From Epiperipatus broadwayi (taxonomy: Eukaryota; Animalia; Onychophora): a stretch of DNA of 64,000 bases. The notes beneath the pieces are model-generated. The model was not told the DNA's origin, made no database searches, and saw only the letters and a program-made list of their open reading frames with translations. The first letter of the stretch is position 1, and every line of letters starts with the position of its first letter. The stretch is from contig JAQFVV010000005.1 in assembly GCA_028023455.1 (NCBI GenBank), positions 15,438,001-15,502,000 on the forward strand, given 5' to 3'. Both the position numbers and the translations under genes were made by a program. This document shows, piece after piece, positions 38,280 to 52,933 of the stretch.

Positions 38280-39890
38280 TTTTGGTATTAATAGGAAATT
38301 TATATCTGCAATAAGAAAAAAAGATGACATTATTACTAAAAAGAGAGATGACATCATGAAATGTGTAAAAGATTTCTACCAAGAATTATATAGTAATAAA
38401 GAACAAGTGCCTCCTATACCTATTATATCTTCGAATTGTCCAGAATTTTGAATGAGGAAGTGAGACATGCAATTAAATTTATGAAGAAAGGGAAGGCTCC
38501 AAGAAGCAGGTGAAAAAATAAAAAAATTTTTAGCAAAGTTATATACTAAATGTCTAAATGATAAAGATGTACCAGATGGTTGGAAGAATGCTGTATTAAT
38601 ATTAATATTTAAAAAAGGTGATAAAGAAGATATTAGAAATTACAGACCTATCAGTCTTTTATCAGTTTTATACAAAAAATTTTACTAAGATAATTACAAC
38701 TCATCTACAGAAAACACTGGATTTCCACCAACCAAGAGAACAAGCTGGATTTAAAAGTGGTTTTAGTACAGTAGATCATATCCAGGTATTGAGAGAAGTT
38801 ATAGAAAGAACAAATGAATAGTAATTGCCATTATGCTTAGGATTTGTAGATTATGAAAAGGCATTTCTTCAGTGATTAAAACATTGGATCATCAAGGTGT
38901 AGATCCAGGATATTGTCATATTTTAAAGAATATTTATAAAAATGCAACAGCAACAATTAGATTACATAATGATAGTAGGAAAATCAACATTGAAAAGAGT
39001 GTAAGACAAGGTGACTCCATATCTCAAAAACTTTTTATAACAGTGCTGCAAGAAGTATTTTGTCGATTAAAATGGGAAGCTAAAGGAGTGAAAGTAAATG
39101 GAGATTATTTAAGCCATTTAGATTTTTCAGATGATGTAGTTGTTTTTGCAAATAATGCTTTAGAGTTACAGGAAATGTTGCAGGAGTTATCAGATGAAAG
39201 TAGGACTAAAGATAAATGTTAAAAAGACTAAAGTAATGTTTAATAGATTTTCTCAAAATATGAAAATAAAGATTGATTATAATGAGTTAGAAGAAGTTAA
39301 CAGTTACAAATACCTTGGTCAGATTATTAATACAGATGGAAACATAGTGGATGAAATCAATCATAGAATTAAACTTGGTTGTAGTGCTTTTGGTAGAAAT
39401 AACTTGATACTAAAAGGAAATATGCCTATGTGTTTGAAAAGAAAGATTTTTAATAAATGTGTTTTGCCAGTTCTTACTTATGGATCTGAGACTTGGACAC
39501 TTAATAGAAGAGCAATACAGAGACTTCAGATCACTCATAGAAGTATGGAGAGATGCGTGTTGGGAGTAAAAAGAAGAGATCAAAAACGCAATGTATGAGT
39601 AAGAGAGCAAACAGATGTTACTGACCTCATTGGAAAAATTAAAAGACTAAAGTGGAGTTGGGCTGGACACATTGCTAGAAGAGATGATAATAGATGGACA
39701 ATTGAAATTTTAAACTGAATTCCAAGAGATTGTAAAAGACCCAGAAAGAGACCACGTGTGAGATGGATGGATGAAATAAGAAAGTGTGCAGGGGTGATGC
39801 TGGAGAAGAGAAGCTAAAGATAAGAAAAGATGGATTGAACTTGGAGAGACTTTCATCCTGCAGTGGATTGATAATGGTTGATGATGATAT
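38280..39890 (+). mobile_element. 5'-truncated RTE-clade LINE, copy 2 (same family as 28650-30238)
   Basis: Colinear, high nucleotide similarity to copy 1, with independent indels and stops and a GAT-repeat tail. Confidence 0.95.
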
Positions 39891-42663
39891 GTACATGTTT
39901 AAAGTGTAATTAAAAAGTATATTTATATACATAATATGTAAGAATGAAATTAGGTATTGAAACCAGAAAAAAATTATAATGTAAATATAAACAAAATTAA
40001 ATTTATATAGAATGTAAAATTAGATAATATTTTTGTAATAACACAATATGTAATTGTTCTATTTAAATCACTGAAGAAGATTGTTAAACAATTGACAGAC
40101 AATCATTAAATAAATTTTTATAACATGGCAAAAAATTAAGCTGGAAATTGTGAATATATAATAAAATTAATTATTTAAAAAATAAATGAAAAGAAGTGAG
40201 ACTTTTTTTTTTTATTTTAATGGTTTTTGTTGAATTTATCTCTCCAAAATCTTTTTCTAGCATTTCTTAGATATGCTTGCTTTGAGAGTATAAGCAATAT
40301 TACAGTAATTTCCCCTCATTACTTCCCTCATTTATTCATTATTTTAACTATGTAACTTAAAGATGCCTAATTTCTTCAAAAATCATTTTTCTCTGCTGCA
40401 ATATTTTTTCTATTATTCAGAACTCATACTTCAGATATATAGTTGACAAGACTGCATGCTTATTGTAATATTTTACGTATGTGGTTTTTTTAATTCCATT
40501 GCACAGAATTAAATACTATTTTCTCTATTTTTATATATATATCTGTTTTATTGTATCCATTATTTGATTAATTAATTTTTTATCATTATATTCACATTAA
40601 TGTTATCAAAAAGCATATTAATGCAATCACTTTTGCAATAATATATACAATGAATGATTATATTAAATATAATAAATGTTTAAAATATATACTGTGTATT
40701 AAAAAGATAAAATTACTTTATATAAGAAACATAAAATTTGGCTCTTTCATCACTGGTTGAGAGCAACTCCACTAAGTCTTAATAGTAATTATTGCAGCAA
40801 CAACTTTTAAGATGTAGGTAAACATTCATGTATGGAATGTAAATATTTATTTTTTTAAAGGTGATTGTGATCAACTGAATATATTGGATAGATTTCATTA
40901 TAATTCATTTCAAAAATCTTTTTTGATAGGCATATCCAGGATTGGGAATGTGAAAGTTATTGATATTATAAATAAATATACTTTCTGTTGTTTTTTTCCA
41001 TAGAAATCTGCAACATAAATATTTATATTACTAATAGAATACTTAAGCCTTACACAAATAAATAGTGTTTAAAAAATATCATTTGATTTTTAGTATTTGT
41101 TACGATATTAAGAAATATCGATGTAGAATTATATCTATTATGTCCTTCTTTGATATATCCTTAGTTGTAGAGTGTATGGTTTGGTGCAGTGTTAGCGTGA
41201 CAATGTTAGGAGATTGAAGTCCAAAGATTGCATTCAATTCTGTTACTTCCAGAATTCGCACTACTTATGAACTCTCAAGCAATTGTCAATTCAATTATAT
41301 ATTTATTTTAACTGAAGGTTGATGATGACTATTTATAAATAAAATCTTGATCCTTTAATGCCAATAATCAGAGAGAGAAGAGATATCATGATAAAGGCAA
41401 AAGTAAAAAATATATTACTCTTCCTAGTATTAATATGTGATTGTGGAAGTTGGATTGCAGGCAAATGTTTTTGAACTTTGATGCTGGAGGGAATACTTAG
41501 AATTCCCCTGATTGATTATCAAAGAAGGTAAGTTTTAATGCTTATTATTTATTTTGCATATGGGGTTTTTTTTTTGACTGATAATGCTCATTGAGAGGCA
41601 AAATCGTGAAGCAGAAAATTTGACCTATTTTGGATATGTTCTGGTTCATTAATATTGATACTTGTAAAATTGGAAATAAAAGAGAACAGGGTATCCAATT
41701 TTGGTAGAGATGAAAATACAACTGCTAGAATGATCAGTTGTCATAAGACCATGTCAACAACAACAATAAAAACAGCTGAAGTGTTTTCAAATAGAAACTG
41801 CATTAAATTTTTTATTCAAAAAATATTGATGAATTATTCTCATTCAAAAGGGAAATTTCACTTAGGTTATATAAGTCGATTAATAATCTTAAATATGCAT
41901 TAAATAGAACCAACATTGATAGAAAATATTGGCAATTGTTCTTTTTAAATGACGATGACGTCCTAACTCCAGGAAAAGAAAAAAATAGAAAAAAAAAAAA
42001 TTAAAGATATATTTTGAGATGTCTGTAGAAATTAAATTAATCTGTGAATTACAAGTCATTATTATTTTCAAATCTTATCAGCACATTGAAGATCCTTGAA
42101 TTTAATCCAGTTTTTTTTTTTTAATTCATAGCTTATCTTCTCCACATCTGTCAAAAAAACTTTCTTATCTATCGATCTCACATGAGATGTGATTGATTTT
42201 TTTGCATGACTAGCCAAGTTCTATTTCAGTGTCTTAATTCTCTCAGTAACTTTTTTTCCTCACCCATGTATTTTATATTTCAACTCTTGTTAATCCTGGT
42301 GTACAGTTTTCCATATTTAGCCATGTGACATATAATCTATATTGCTCTTCTATTCCCTAACTTATAATTTATTAAAATTTTTCTTTTTAAGCACATAGTA
42401 TTTTTTTTTTAATGTGAAGTTATTTTTATTAAATGCAATCTAAACAAGTTTAATTCTAAGATTAATTTTATTCCCTATATTTTCATGTGTATTTATAATT
42501 TATTTAAGATATTGATAATGCGTTGTTTTCAATTTTTATTTTCTATCTTGTGAAAAGACATTAATTTAAATTTTTCCATCTTTAGTTCTATTTTTTTATT
42601 TTCTTCTGATAGTTATTGCAGGATTTCCTGGAAGTGCAAATTTTTATTTTTTATTTTTGCTAG

Positions 42664-42784
42664 TCGGACAACAAAGAAGTAATTGTACCATGCATTCAGG
42701 CATTTCATAAAATTTTTGTGCATTTCTTGAAGCAGAATGAAATGTATCTGGAATGTACTTTAGATCCTGATTGTGACTTTTCAG
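42664..42784 (+). CDS. NOC4L: NOC4L coding exon 2
   Basis: TTTTGCTAG acceptor and CAG|GTAAT donor; 121 nt, phase 0 to 1. SDNKEVIVPCIQAFHKIFVHFLKQNEMYL resembles SEDQEEIQEAVRTCSRLFGALLERGELFV. Confidence 0.85.
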
Positions 42785-45700
42785 GTAATATTTTATATAT
42801 ATATATATATTGTGTGTTCATTTAAAAAAGTAAGTATTTCATCATATAGTAATAGATATTTTATATTGTATTATTTGTAATAACTTCATATATTCCATTT
42901 TGAACAGAATATTTGAAAAAGAAATTACAAATAAGCTATTTATTATTGTAATTTAAAAAAACTGAAGTATTAAAACTGACATGCATGTGTAATATTGTAT
43001 TGATTTACTAACTATATAGATTACATGCTTGATTTATGTGTAAGATGTTAATGCTATTGATATTCTTTAATTGTATAGGACTTATATTATTTGTTTCCAA
43101 GCTCCCTACCTATGGTTAGTCAAAATCTATTAATTAGTAACAAATCCTATGTATGTTGAATACATGTACAGTGCACACATCAATTAAAATAAAAGTTACC
43201 GTCCTTTGTTTATATTCTCTTCAAAAAGAAAGTTGGTAATGAAATGCACTTGAAAAATATCGACAATTATCTCCTTATGTATTGCAATGCCAATGATTGT
43301 AATGTGATTAAAAATTTTAAAAATTTGATTTTTGTTTTATATTAAATTTTTTGAATAGTGGATAAATAACTTTAGAGGCAGAAGATGGGGGGGGTGAGGA
43401 TGACATAGGGTATTGTGACAGTCAGATGATGTATGTTGGTTTAACCACTTCGAATACTAGGCGAAAGTACCTCGAGGCCACCTATACACGAGATATTAAA
43501 TCAAGAATACTATGACCTCTGCCCTATTCTCGAGGCTAACTATGAACCAATAACATTATCTGAGACACGCATAAATTATTTTCTCATCTGGCCACAAAGC
43601 TTAACATCAGAGGTAGACATGGACGGGAACACCTACGGAGCTAAATAGTTAAATGTTCAAAAGTACTAAGAAATATGTTTTGAAACATGGTGACTAACAT
43701 ATATTAGGGGAGCGTTCTGAGATTCATCACAGATATAAATACAAACTATTTTCCTGCCATTATGGTCATGAAAATACATAAAATACATTTGATTATATTT
43801 AAACCTATGACAAAATATTTAATGACAAATTATTTTAACAATAGTAAGATGAACGCTTTATTTTCCCCAAGGCATATAGATACTCTTAAATATAGATATA
43901 TAAATTACGAAGGTAGGATTGTATATAATTGAAATAAACTTAATTAATAAAATAGAAGTAATTGGCATTTATATATATCTTTTAAGCAAAGTTTAATTTT
44001 AATATTAGAGCATTAAAACTGGGTCATGAAGCAAAAGAAATAATAATACGAAGAAGTTTGCGGTGCTGACATAATAGCCTAAAATAACTAAGAGGAAAAG
44101 GTCATGCTTCTGGATGAAAAACGAAATCTCACACCCCCTTCTTGGTAGTGCTTAGAGAAAAGTGGATAGGCATGGCATGGCCCAGCTTTTGCTGGTATAA
44201 CCGACGCGAGAGGCCTTTTATCTACGATGTGAATATGCAAAGCGTGTGCCAAACTTACGGGATCACCGCCAGGGGCATTTTATATGGAATAAATGTGGTT
44301 CCAGATAGCTCAACTATCTATGGAATGAGAAATCTACGGGTTCGAACTTGTCGTAACCCCCAGATTAAGAAGCACATATATATAATCACGAAGATCGGCC
44401 AAATGTCAGAAACACAGTAATGATACATGTCTCTAACAACATTGAATAAATTTTCTGCTTTAAAATAAATGACCCTTGTTTGAATACTATAATACGCCAT
44501 GCAATTATAATATATAGAGAGAGAGAATATTTCATTTAATAAAATATACGTTAAGATTTTACCTAGTAAAAGAAACATTAAGATTTACATTTCAAATTAA
44601 TAAACTATACGTTAAAATTTGATTTAGTAACAGAAACATTAAGATAAAATAAATCAATCCCACTTTCGTTGATTTAACAATAAATGATTTATTTAAATAC
44701 AAGATTTGAAATTTTAAGAGTATGAAAAATGAAGTAAAATTAGCAGTTATATAGAAAACAAATTATAAGTCACCCTTTTAGAATTTAATAAATAATTATA
44801 AAATAAATGTTTCAGAGCATTAATTAACTTGAGTTCTGGATTTTCCAGGTAGAAAACCCAGAATTAAACAAATACATTTTTATCATAAATAAAATGTTGA
44901 CTCGAAAAACAATCTGGCGAGTATATTAATTAATAATGCATTGTTTTAAATGGACGTTAATAACTTGCTTCATGAAGGTTTACTTAAAAAGTGACAGAAA
45001 ATATTTTTATAAATTAAAAATCACCAGTTTGTTTGAGATTAGCAAATTAATAAAAAAAAAAGCATATATATATATAAAATCAAGTAATAAATATATATAA
45101 ATAAATGACCGCACCGAAGTTAAGGAAGGTTAAAAGCATATGAGATAGGATTAGATATAAAGAAATCATTTGAGAGCAAAATTACATTCACAGATATATA
45201 TATAAAAAAGGCAAAGTTAAAGAATACATGAGAAGAGATCTTGATAGATTATTTAGACTAAATTGACTATTAGGTGGCGGCTTGGAAATTTACCTTGCAA
45301 TTTTAAGAATCCATTTTAAAGTATGGCACGTGCACGGCGATTGAAATGCAAGTACTTCGGTGGCAGGAAACTTCTATTAGCATTCTAAAGTTTTTTTTAG
45401 ACCTTTCTTCATTTCATGACAGCAGGATATTACGGTAGCGGCAGATGATGACCCTTAGGGTCGAGAAGAGTGGTGGATTTACTGCTACATCATTTTTAAG
45501 TTTCAAGCAAAATGAAATATGTTTATAATACCTCTCTAAAAGTAGCTAATCTAATCTGTTCTCCAAAATTCAGTCATTTTATACTTTTATCAGTTGTTTT
45601 TGAAAGATGCAATTGTTAGATAACGTCCAAAATAAATTCAAATCTATTTCCAGATTAGAAATAGATTTGACAACATGTTTTCAACAAAAGAAAATCTTTA

Positions 45701-48220
45701 ATCTACTTAATCCCATTTATTTTAAGTAAAACTTTAATAAAAAAATACCTCCCTTTAATTATTTTTGGACAATTAACAACAGTCACATCTTCCATATTGG
45801 ATTTTATAAAAAAATATACAGTTTAATAGAAAAACAAGCAATTTAAAAAGAAAAAGCTAAAAATGACATATAATAAATATTTAAAAACATCAATATTTTG
45901 TTAGTAAGTTTTGCTCCTATATATATATATATTTGAGCCGCATCTATAATACTTTAATAAAAAAAAGAACTAATAATTAATAAAAAGAATTAGTAATAAT
46001 TTTAAAACATGCTATTGAAACATTAAATTTTATAATTTAGGCGCGCATCTCAAATATATACATGAAATATATATACACGACAAAAGGAGCGGGATTGGAA
46101 ATAGGGATTTAAACACAGGTTAGTAGGTAGAAACATGAAGCACAATCTTAAGCTAAGATTGACTGCTTCAGCATATATACTAATTTGTTTGAATTGTCAC
46201 ACCAAATTTTGGCAGTGCAGTATTCACTGTTTGTACAGATAACTTAATTGATTTATTGCATAAGATATCAGTCGGATGATTCTAGTGTCCATTGCAGCTT
46301 AATACAGTGGTAGAATAAATGCAAGAGTTAAAGATATTTAAGTCAAAATTTAGCCTGATACTTGTAATGCTTGAACATCATTTGGGTTCCCACGTATGGA
46401 TTATTAATTTCTGATTTTGTTTGTTTTCTTGACAGTGAAAGAATTTGAGGACTAGACAGTTCCTTTTTCTCAAAACAATTTAGTTCATTAACTTGATTTA
46501 GGCACTTTTTGTTCTACACATCTCACTTGTCTTTCTATTGGCTAAACTATAATTTTCTCTACCTATTGATAATGATTTTATTGATTTCTTGCTAATCCTA
46601 ATCATGCTTATCACCAAAAGCATAGTAATTAAAAACGGGTACGTTACAAGCAGTAATCATGTGATGTTTAGTGGTTCACACTAGTTTAATTTGTTGTCTA
46701 ATTAGTAAAATTCAAAACTAATTAAAATCAGTCTGATTTTTTACTTCATGTTTCCAATCTCTTTCATAATAAAACCATAAATACTCACTTTCTAAATATA
46801 TAGACTGGTTTGTTCAAATTTATCTAGTTACTCATTCATAATTTTGTTAAATATTAAAACGTAGATTATTTTTTACACAAATTATACTTGATCTTATATG
46901 TAAGTTATAACATCATAAGTTTCAAACTTCAACTTAAACTATTGAATATTTAATTCATTTGTTGAGGTAATGCTACAGATAGGCAGAAAGTACAAATCTC
47001 CCTTCCTACTTGTCTATGATCTTTAAATTGGCCATCAATGCTGTGTTTGATAAATAACATATATTGAAATTTAAACTCTATCAAGAAGTTGTCACAAACT
47101 TCATACAACTTGACCAAAATTAACTGTTTGAAGGTATATTAATAAGTAATCAATTTTCCAATCTTTCAAACAAATTAACATATAGAATTACATATTTGTA
47201 ATAAACCTAAAATGCCAAAAGCTAACTGCACAATTATATATAAATTATGCCTAACTACTACTCTCACACTTAAATTTAAATCAATGAATATTTCCCATTG
47301 TTAAAACACTAGCTAGGCAGGAAATGAAAATCCCAATTCCTATTTTGTCGTACAATTTTTAAGTAGACTGTCAATGCTAGCCATGATAAGTACCATTGAA
47401 ATTCAATCCCTACTGAGAAGTTAATTTGTTTGAAAAGATGAAAAAATTGCTTATTTAATAATCTACTTTCAAACAGTTAATTTTGGTCGCATTATATGAA
47501 GTTTGTGAAAACTTTTTGATTGAGTTTGACTTTCAATCTGTTACCATCTATTTAAGAATCAGAATAAGAGCAAGAAGTAGAATTTTCATTTCCTGTCTAT
47601 ATTGCCTTGATAATACCCAGATTTTAATATTCATTTGTTTGAATCATGAGGGTCGTGATTGAATAAGTTGCATATGATTGACCAGTTAGTTTTTGCCTCT
47701 TCACTTTGATCTTATATATATAATACTTTTAAATTTATTTTTATCTAATAAGAAAATAGAATACAAATAGACTACAGTTAATGTCTACTCTTCTAATTCG
47801 AAGTTTTATTCAGATAAAATTTCAAAGTATTGATTTTGATTATTATTTTAATTATTATTATATAAGTATTTTGTACTGATATTCTAAGAATATTCTGAAT
47901 TTTAAAATATTAATGAAATAAGTTATTTATATAGATTACAAAAAGTATTTATACAAAACTATAGTAAATAAAATTGATATTTACTTAAATTTTCAGCAGA
48001 TTCTCAGTTTATAATGGAAGAGAGGAAGTATTATTGAAATATGAAGAATTTGCAAATCCAAAACCAGGAACTTCAGATTAATGATAGTCTATCTCTATCA
48101 TTTTTGTTTTATCAATAGTTTTTATTACATTTTCGTATGTATTGTATTAAGTATAGTTTTATTTGTTTTGTAATTTTTTTTTCAATAGTTGTATTGTTAT
48201 TATATTTATAAATATGCTAG

Positions 48221-48324
48221 ATTTATCAGCAGTTCAAAAATATAAGTTATGGCTCAGAAAACGTTACAATGAAGTCAAAACAAGACTATTGCATTACCTT
48301 GGAAATAAAGCCTATGTAATTCAG
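48221..48324 (+). CDS. NOC4L: NOC4L coding exon 3
   Basis: 104 nt, phase 1 to 0, CAG|GTAAGC donor. AVQKYKLWLRKRYNEVKTRLLHYLGNKAYVIQ resembles ATRKYKVWMRHRYHSCCNRLGELLGHPSFQVK. Confidence 0.9.
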
Positions 48325-48787
48325 GTAAGCTTTTATTTAATGAGCTTCAAATTTTTAAAAATTTTTATTGTGTGTGTGTGTGTATATATATATATGATAT
48401 GATGTTTTATTTCCTGATGATTTATAGGAAATTTTTATTGATCAGAACTAATTAATATTGAAAAAAGATGTGATAATTGAATTCGTTACTGAAACTAAAT
48501 TTTTATAAATGTAGTATTTTTCTTAATCACTCACAAGCATAGTGTTAATAGTGCTTTTGTAATCACTCTTATATTATCAGAAAATATCTATCTTATTTTA
48601 AAATCACTTTGCACATTTTTTTTTGTGCAAATATATTTATCAGCATTCGTGAATCTGCAAGGAATTGCTTGACACCTTTCTACAATTACACTTAACGATA
48701 TAAATTTATGAATAATGATCTGTTGAATGTGGGAATTCTGATTATTTAAAGTGATCTTTATTTAGCATATATATGTTTTTTAAATTC

Positions 48788-49124
48788 ATCAAAACATCAC
48801 ATGATCACCATTTTATATGCTTACACATGCTGTTGATAAGGATACCAAACTCTCCATAGAGAAGTGCTATCAAGTGCAAGCCTTTGTAATCAGTGGATGC
48901 AGGAAGGTTTTTACATAAAATTCCTATCTAGTGCTTACTCATCTAACATCCTCAGACTAGTTTCTAGCTTGTGGCTTTCTTTAGTGATGAACTTCAGTGA
49001 TGAAAACTACAAGCTAGAAACTAGTTCTGGGAATGTTTTATGAATAGGCACTAGATAGGGATTTTTTTACACAAACCATCCTGCTTCCATTGATTACAAA
49101 AACTTGCACTTGGTGGCACTACTC
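48788..49124. mobile_element. Older family A-related fold-back element, locus A3, with two degenerate hammerheads
   Basis: Arms about 48860-48990 and 48993-49124. Minus motif CUAAAGA..GAAACUAGUC at 48949-48990 and plus motif GUGAUGA..GAAACUAGU at 48993-49032. 12-bp TSD TTTTTTAAATTC at 48776-48787 and 49125-49136. Confidence 0.8.
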
Positions 49125-51999
49125 TTTTTTAAATTCTTTTTTCAAAAGTTGTTAGAACCAATTTATTCTGTGTCCACATCATCATCAATAATGTCTGATA
49201 TTACTTGCCATCCTAATACTCAATTTTAAAACTACATCATGAATTTTAATAACGCTTTTCATAATTAATATTTCTATTAGTGATGATTAATGATAATAAA
49301 AAAAATTATTAATGATTGAACTTCATTTTTTTATTTGATTTACTTGCCTAACTTTCTTTTAATGCTAATATTCCATACATTCAGTAAATTTTTAACAATT
49401 ATTTGTGATTTATATCATAGTCTTTTACATATTATACATATGCACATGTATTGTTTATATTACACATATGAAATATAGATTTTAAAATATGAAATGGAAG
49501 TATTTTAATGATGAATGTTGTGATGATATGTCTTTAAATTGTGTGCCTGAAAACAAGTTAGAGGTAATTAAGCAATGTAGTACACATTCTCTCCCCATTA
49601 CTGATTCTCAGAAAATGAATAGATAATTCATTTACATAAAAAATATGTAAAAGGGGAAAATGGGCAAAAAATTCTTAAATTACATTTGAGAAAATGAACT
49701 CTCAAATTTAAAAAGTTGTTTGTAATTTTAAAATTGTTATTTTCAAGTAATTTAATTATCAAAAAATTCAGAAGTTTTTTAACAAGGATAATCACATATG
49801 AGGAATTAGAATATTTTGCTTGAAATTAAAAATGACCTTGCATCTAAATATCTGGACTTGGAGTTGGATTTTATACTGGCTGTTATTAGGACTAATTAGA
49901 AATAACCTAAAAAAAAAATAGTTTTCCTTAGATAACAATCAAAACTTTCAGTCACCAAGGAAATGATTTCATTTGAGACTAGATATATATTTTTAGGTGA
50001 GCACTGATGCTAGTAATATAATAGATGCTAATCCTTAAATCATCGTAGTAAGATATTATTATTATTTAATGCCTTAAGCACATAAATAGGATTGTGTTTT
50101 ATATGTAAAAACAAACATGAATTTTAAATTAATATGTCAGCTGGTTAGTAAAAATGACAATTGTTGTTTTGTTTGGACAAAAAGCAATTTTAAAAGAAAT
50201 TTATTCTATAATATTTGTTGAAAAGAGAGAAAAAAGATCAACTGATAGCTTATACTAAATAAATTTTTTGTAATTAATCTTCCTCTGACATATGTAAATT
50301 TGTATTATATAAAAAATGATTTATGACAGATTTTAAGATCTTTAAATATTTTCTATTGTGCTATATCTTTATATTATATAATTATAAAAGTTTATTTATT
50401 AACTGCTTGGGACTAAGCCGCCATATTGAATTTTTTAAAATACTGGCCTAAAACACAATTTTCACAATAACTTCAGTTTTAATTATGTTAGAGCAAAAAC
50501 AATTACATTGCTAGAAACTAGAAAAACTAAGGAAAACAATAAGCATAAAATAAATAGTGATAACTATATAAAAAATAAGGGAAAAAATAAATTTTCACAT
50601 CGGAAATAATTATTTTATTATTTGTTCATAATTTGGAAATTAACATTAACTAGAATTCAAATTATATCTTCAGTGATAATTTTTTTGTATTCCTCACAAA
50701 ATTATCTTTCTAAACATGTATAACATGTCTTACCTGAGATAATCCATAGCTTCACAATGTCCAAAAAAAGTTGGTTATGAATGCTTCATTTTTATCTTAT
50801 ACTGCAACAGTTCCAAATGTCAAAGGCATCTATAAAGAAAAAGATTCATCCTGATAAAAGATACAAAAGAAATCATTATAGCAATTGGCTTCTTGTCTAA
50901 TCTAAAACTAGAAATTGTAGGCTACTGTCTATATCATTGATAAAATGAGTTTCATCTCTTCATTTTATATTTTTTTGTGCACATCCATGTTTATATTTTT
51001 TATGGACACCAGTGATGTTTATATTCTTTATGCACAGAAGTGATGCTATCTTGTTATATTTATTGTATCATATAGATATAATTTATTTGCATATAGTTCA
51101 TTTGTTAGCTATAGATTTGAAAATAATGTTATGAAACATAGCAAAACCAGAGTGACTCCAAAACATGAACAAGAATAAACAAAAACGTAAACAAGAATCA
51201 GAATTTGATTATATGCTTGCATATGCAATCTTTCTATACATTTATTATTAGTTTTATAACTCATTGCTTGTAAACACAAACATATTATATAAACATAATT
51301 ATAAATAATAAATTATTTTTATAATGGATTAGAACTTTAGAAAATTACGGTTGATATGAATTTTATATGAGCATAAATAAATATATAATTTACTAACTAC
51401 AAACTAAAATTAATAGAAAAGATAATTTTTTTTAAAAATTTTAATATGATTAAAAAAATTAAAATATTTATACTTACGAGTCATTATGTTGAAACTCTAT
51501 TATAGGCCTTGTTTGTGAATAACATCGGAGAAATTTTCATTTGCAGGCCGTAAACCATTTTTTGTTTTTTATCGCTTGATGATAATTACAAAAATTAGCA
51601 AAAAATAAAAAAATTAAATACTTTTTTTTTATTAAAATAGCTGCAAAATATCCAAATTTCAACAGATTTTTTTGAGGTAGACATTTTTGGAATCACATGA
51701 CAGAGAGCTACAGAATGCTCATATTTTGTTTGACATCATGCTTATACTTTTTACGTCAGTAAAGAAAAAAAACCATATCCGACAAGCACTCACGGAGAGT
51801 ATGTAATTTTATCAATAAATATAGCGATAATAATTTATATACAATCTTTTAATCTACAGAAGTACTTCCGGTTAATTCCTTAACCCTTCTCAACTTCCAT
51901 TAAATTTGAGGAGGGTTAATGAATTAATTGAAAGGCTTATATAATAGTTATTACCATTATGTTTATTATTTTTATTGTTATTACAATAGATTTTAATTA

Positions 52000-52260
52000 A
52001 TGGACATTTTATTTGTATTGAAGGAATTAAAAGACTCCATAAAACTGGATTGTTCATGTTACTAATAAAGATGATAATAGATAGATAGTTGAAATCTTAA
52101 ATCAGATCCCAAGAGATTGTAAAAAATGAAGAAAATTATTACATTTTAGATAGATGGATGAAATAAAGAAGTTTGCTAGCATATTATAGAATAAGAGGCT
52201 ATGGATCAGAAAAAATGGATTAAACTTGGAGAGATTTTCATTCTGCAGTCGATTGATAAT
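52000..52260 (+). mobile_element. Decayed 3' fragment of the RTE family seen at 28650 and 38280
   Basis: GATGATAATAGAT..GAAAT.TTAAA..GAT.CCAAGAGATT and TTAAACTTGGAGAGA..TTC.T.CTGCAGT.GATTGATAAT match the 3' ends of both copies. Confidence 0.8.
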
Positions 52261-52933
52261 TATGCATACAGAAACTAAAATATTCTGAATATGTTATACC
52301 ATTCAGAGTTGAATAATAATTTAGATTGTTGGTGTGGAAAAGGACAAAGATACTCTTTTATTAGCAGTTATTTAATTTACTTGTTTGTTCTACATTTAAA
52401 TGGAAAAAAAAAAAGAATATCTAGTTCATTTATAGGAAAATAATTACTTTTTTATTATATTGTTTGAACTTGAATAACAATTTAACTTAACAGTAAAAAA
52501 AAAAGTATACTTTTATTTTTAAAAACAAAGATACAGTAAACATGCCATAGCAGTACTATCTATACCTTTATGCTGATACTGAAACCCATAGATGAAAGTT
52601 AACTACACAATATCTGTTTTTAATAGAATTACATATACATTATATCTTCTAAAAATTATTTCAACTCAATTAAAATCTAAAATTAAATTAAAATTAATAA
52701 ATATTTTATTGAACCAGTTTTCATCCAATATTAGCACCTTTTCAAAATATAATTTTCCAATTAATCACATGACCAATACCTCCGCCAACACTTCCTCTGA
52801 TGTTCATATTATATAACCATTTTATATAATTCTATAAACTTTATATATACTCCTTTTATATATATAAATAAACAAAATCCACATTAACTACAGTTAACCA
52901 AATATACAACTTTGTACTTAATTGTAAACAACT

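Noticed and set aside
28650-38340. Both RTE copies seem to share a 5' truncation point
   Set aside because: Copy 2 continues RTE-like coding about 50-60 bp further upstream and the flanks differ. Two copies cannot establish a shared truncated master.
41440-41528. Exon-like segment ending AAG|GTAAGT in intron 1
   Set aside because: Stops in all three frames and no convincing acceptor.
51884-51915. Apparent 32-bp mini-piggyBac between two TTAA sites
   Set aside because: The inverted repeat extends beyond both TTAAs, so they are part of the hairpin and not a TSD.
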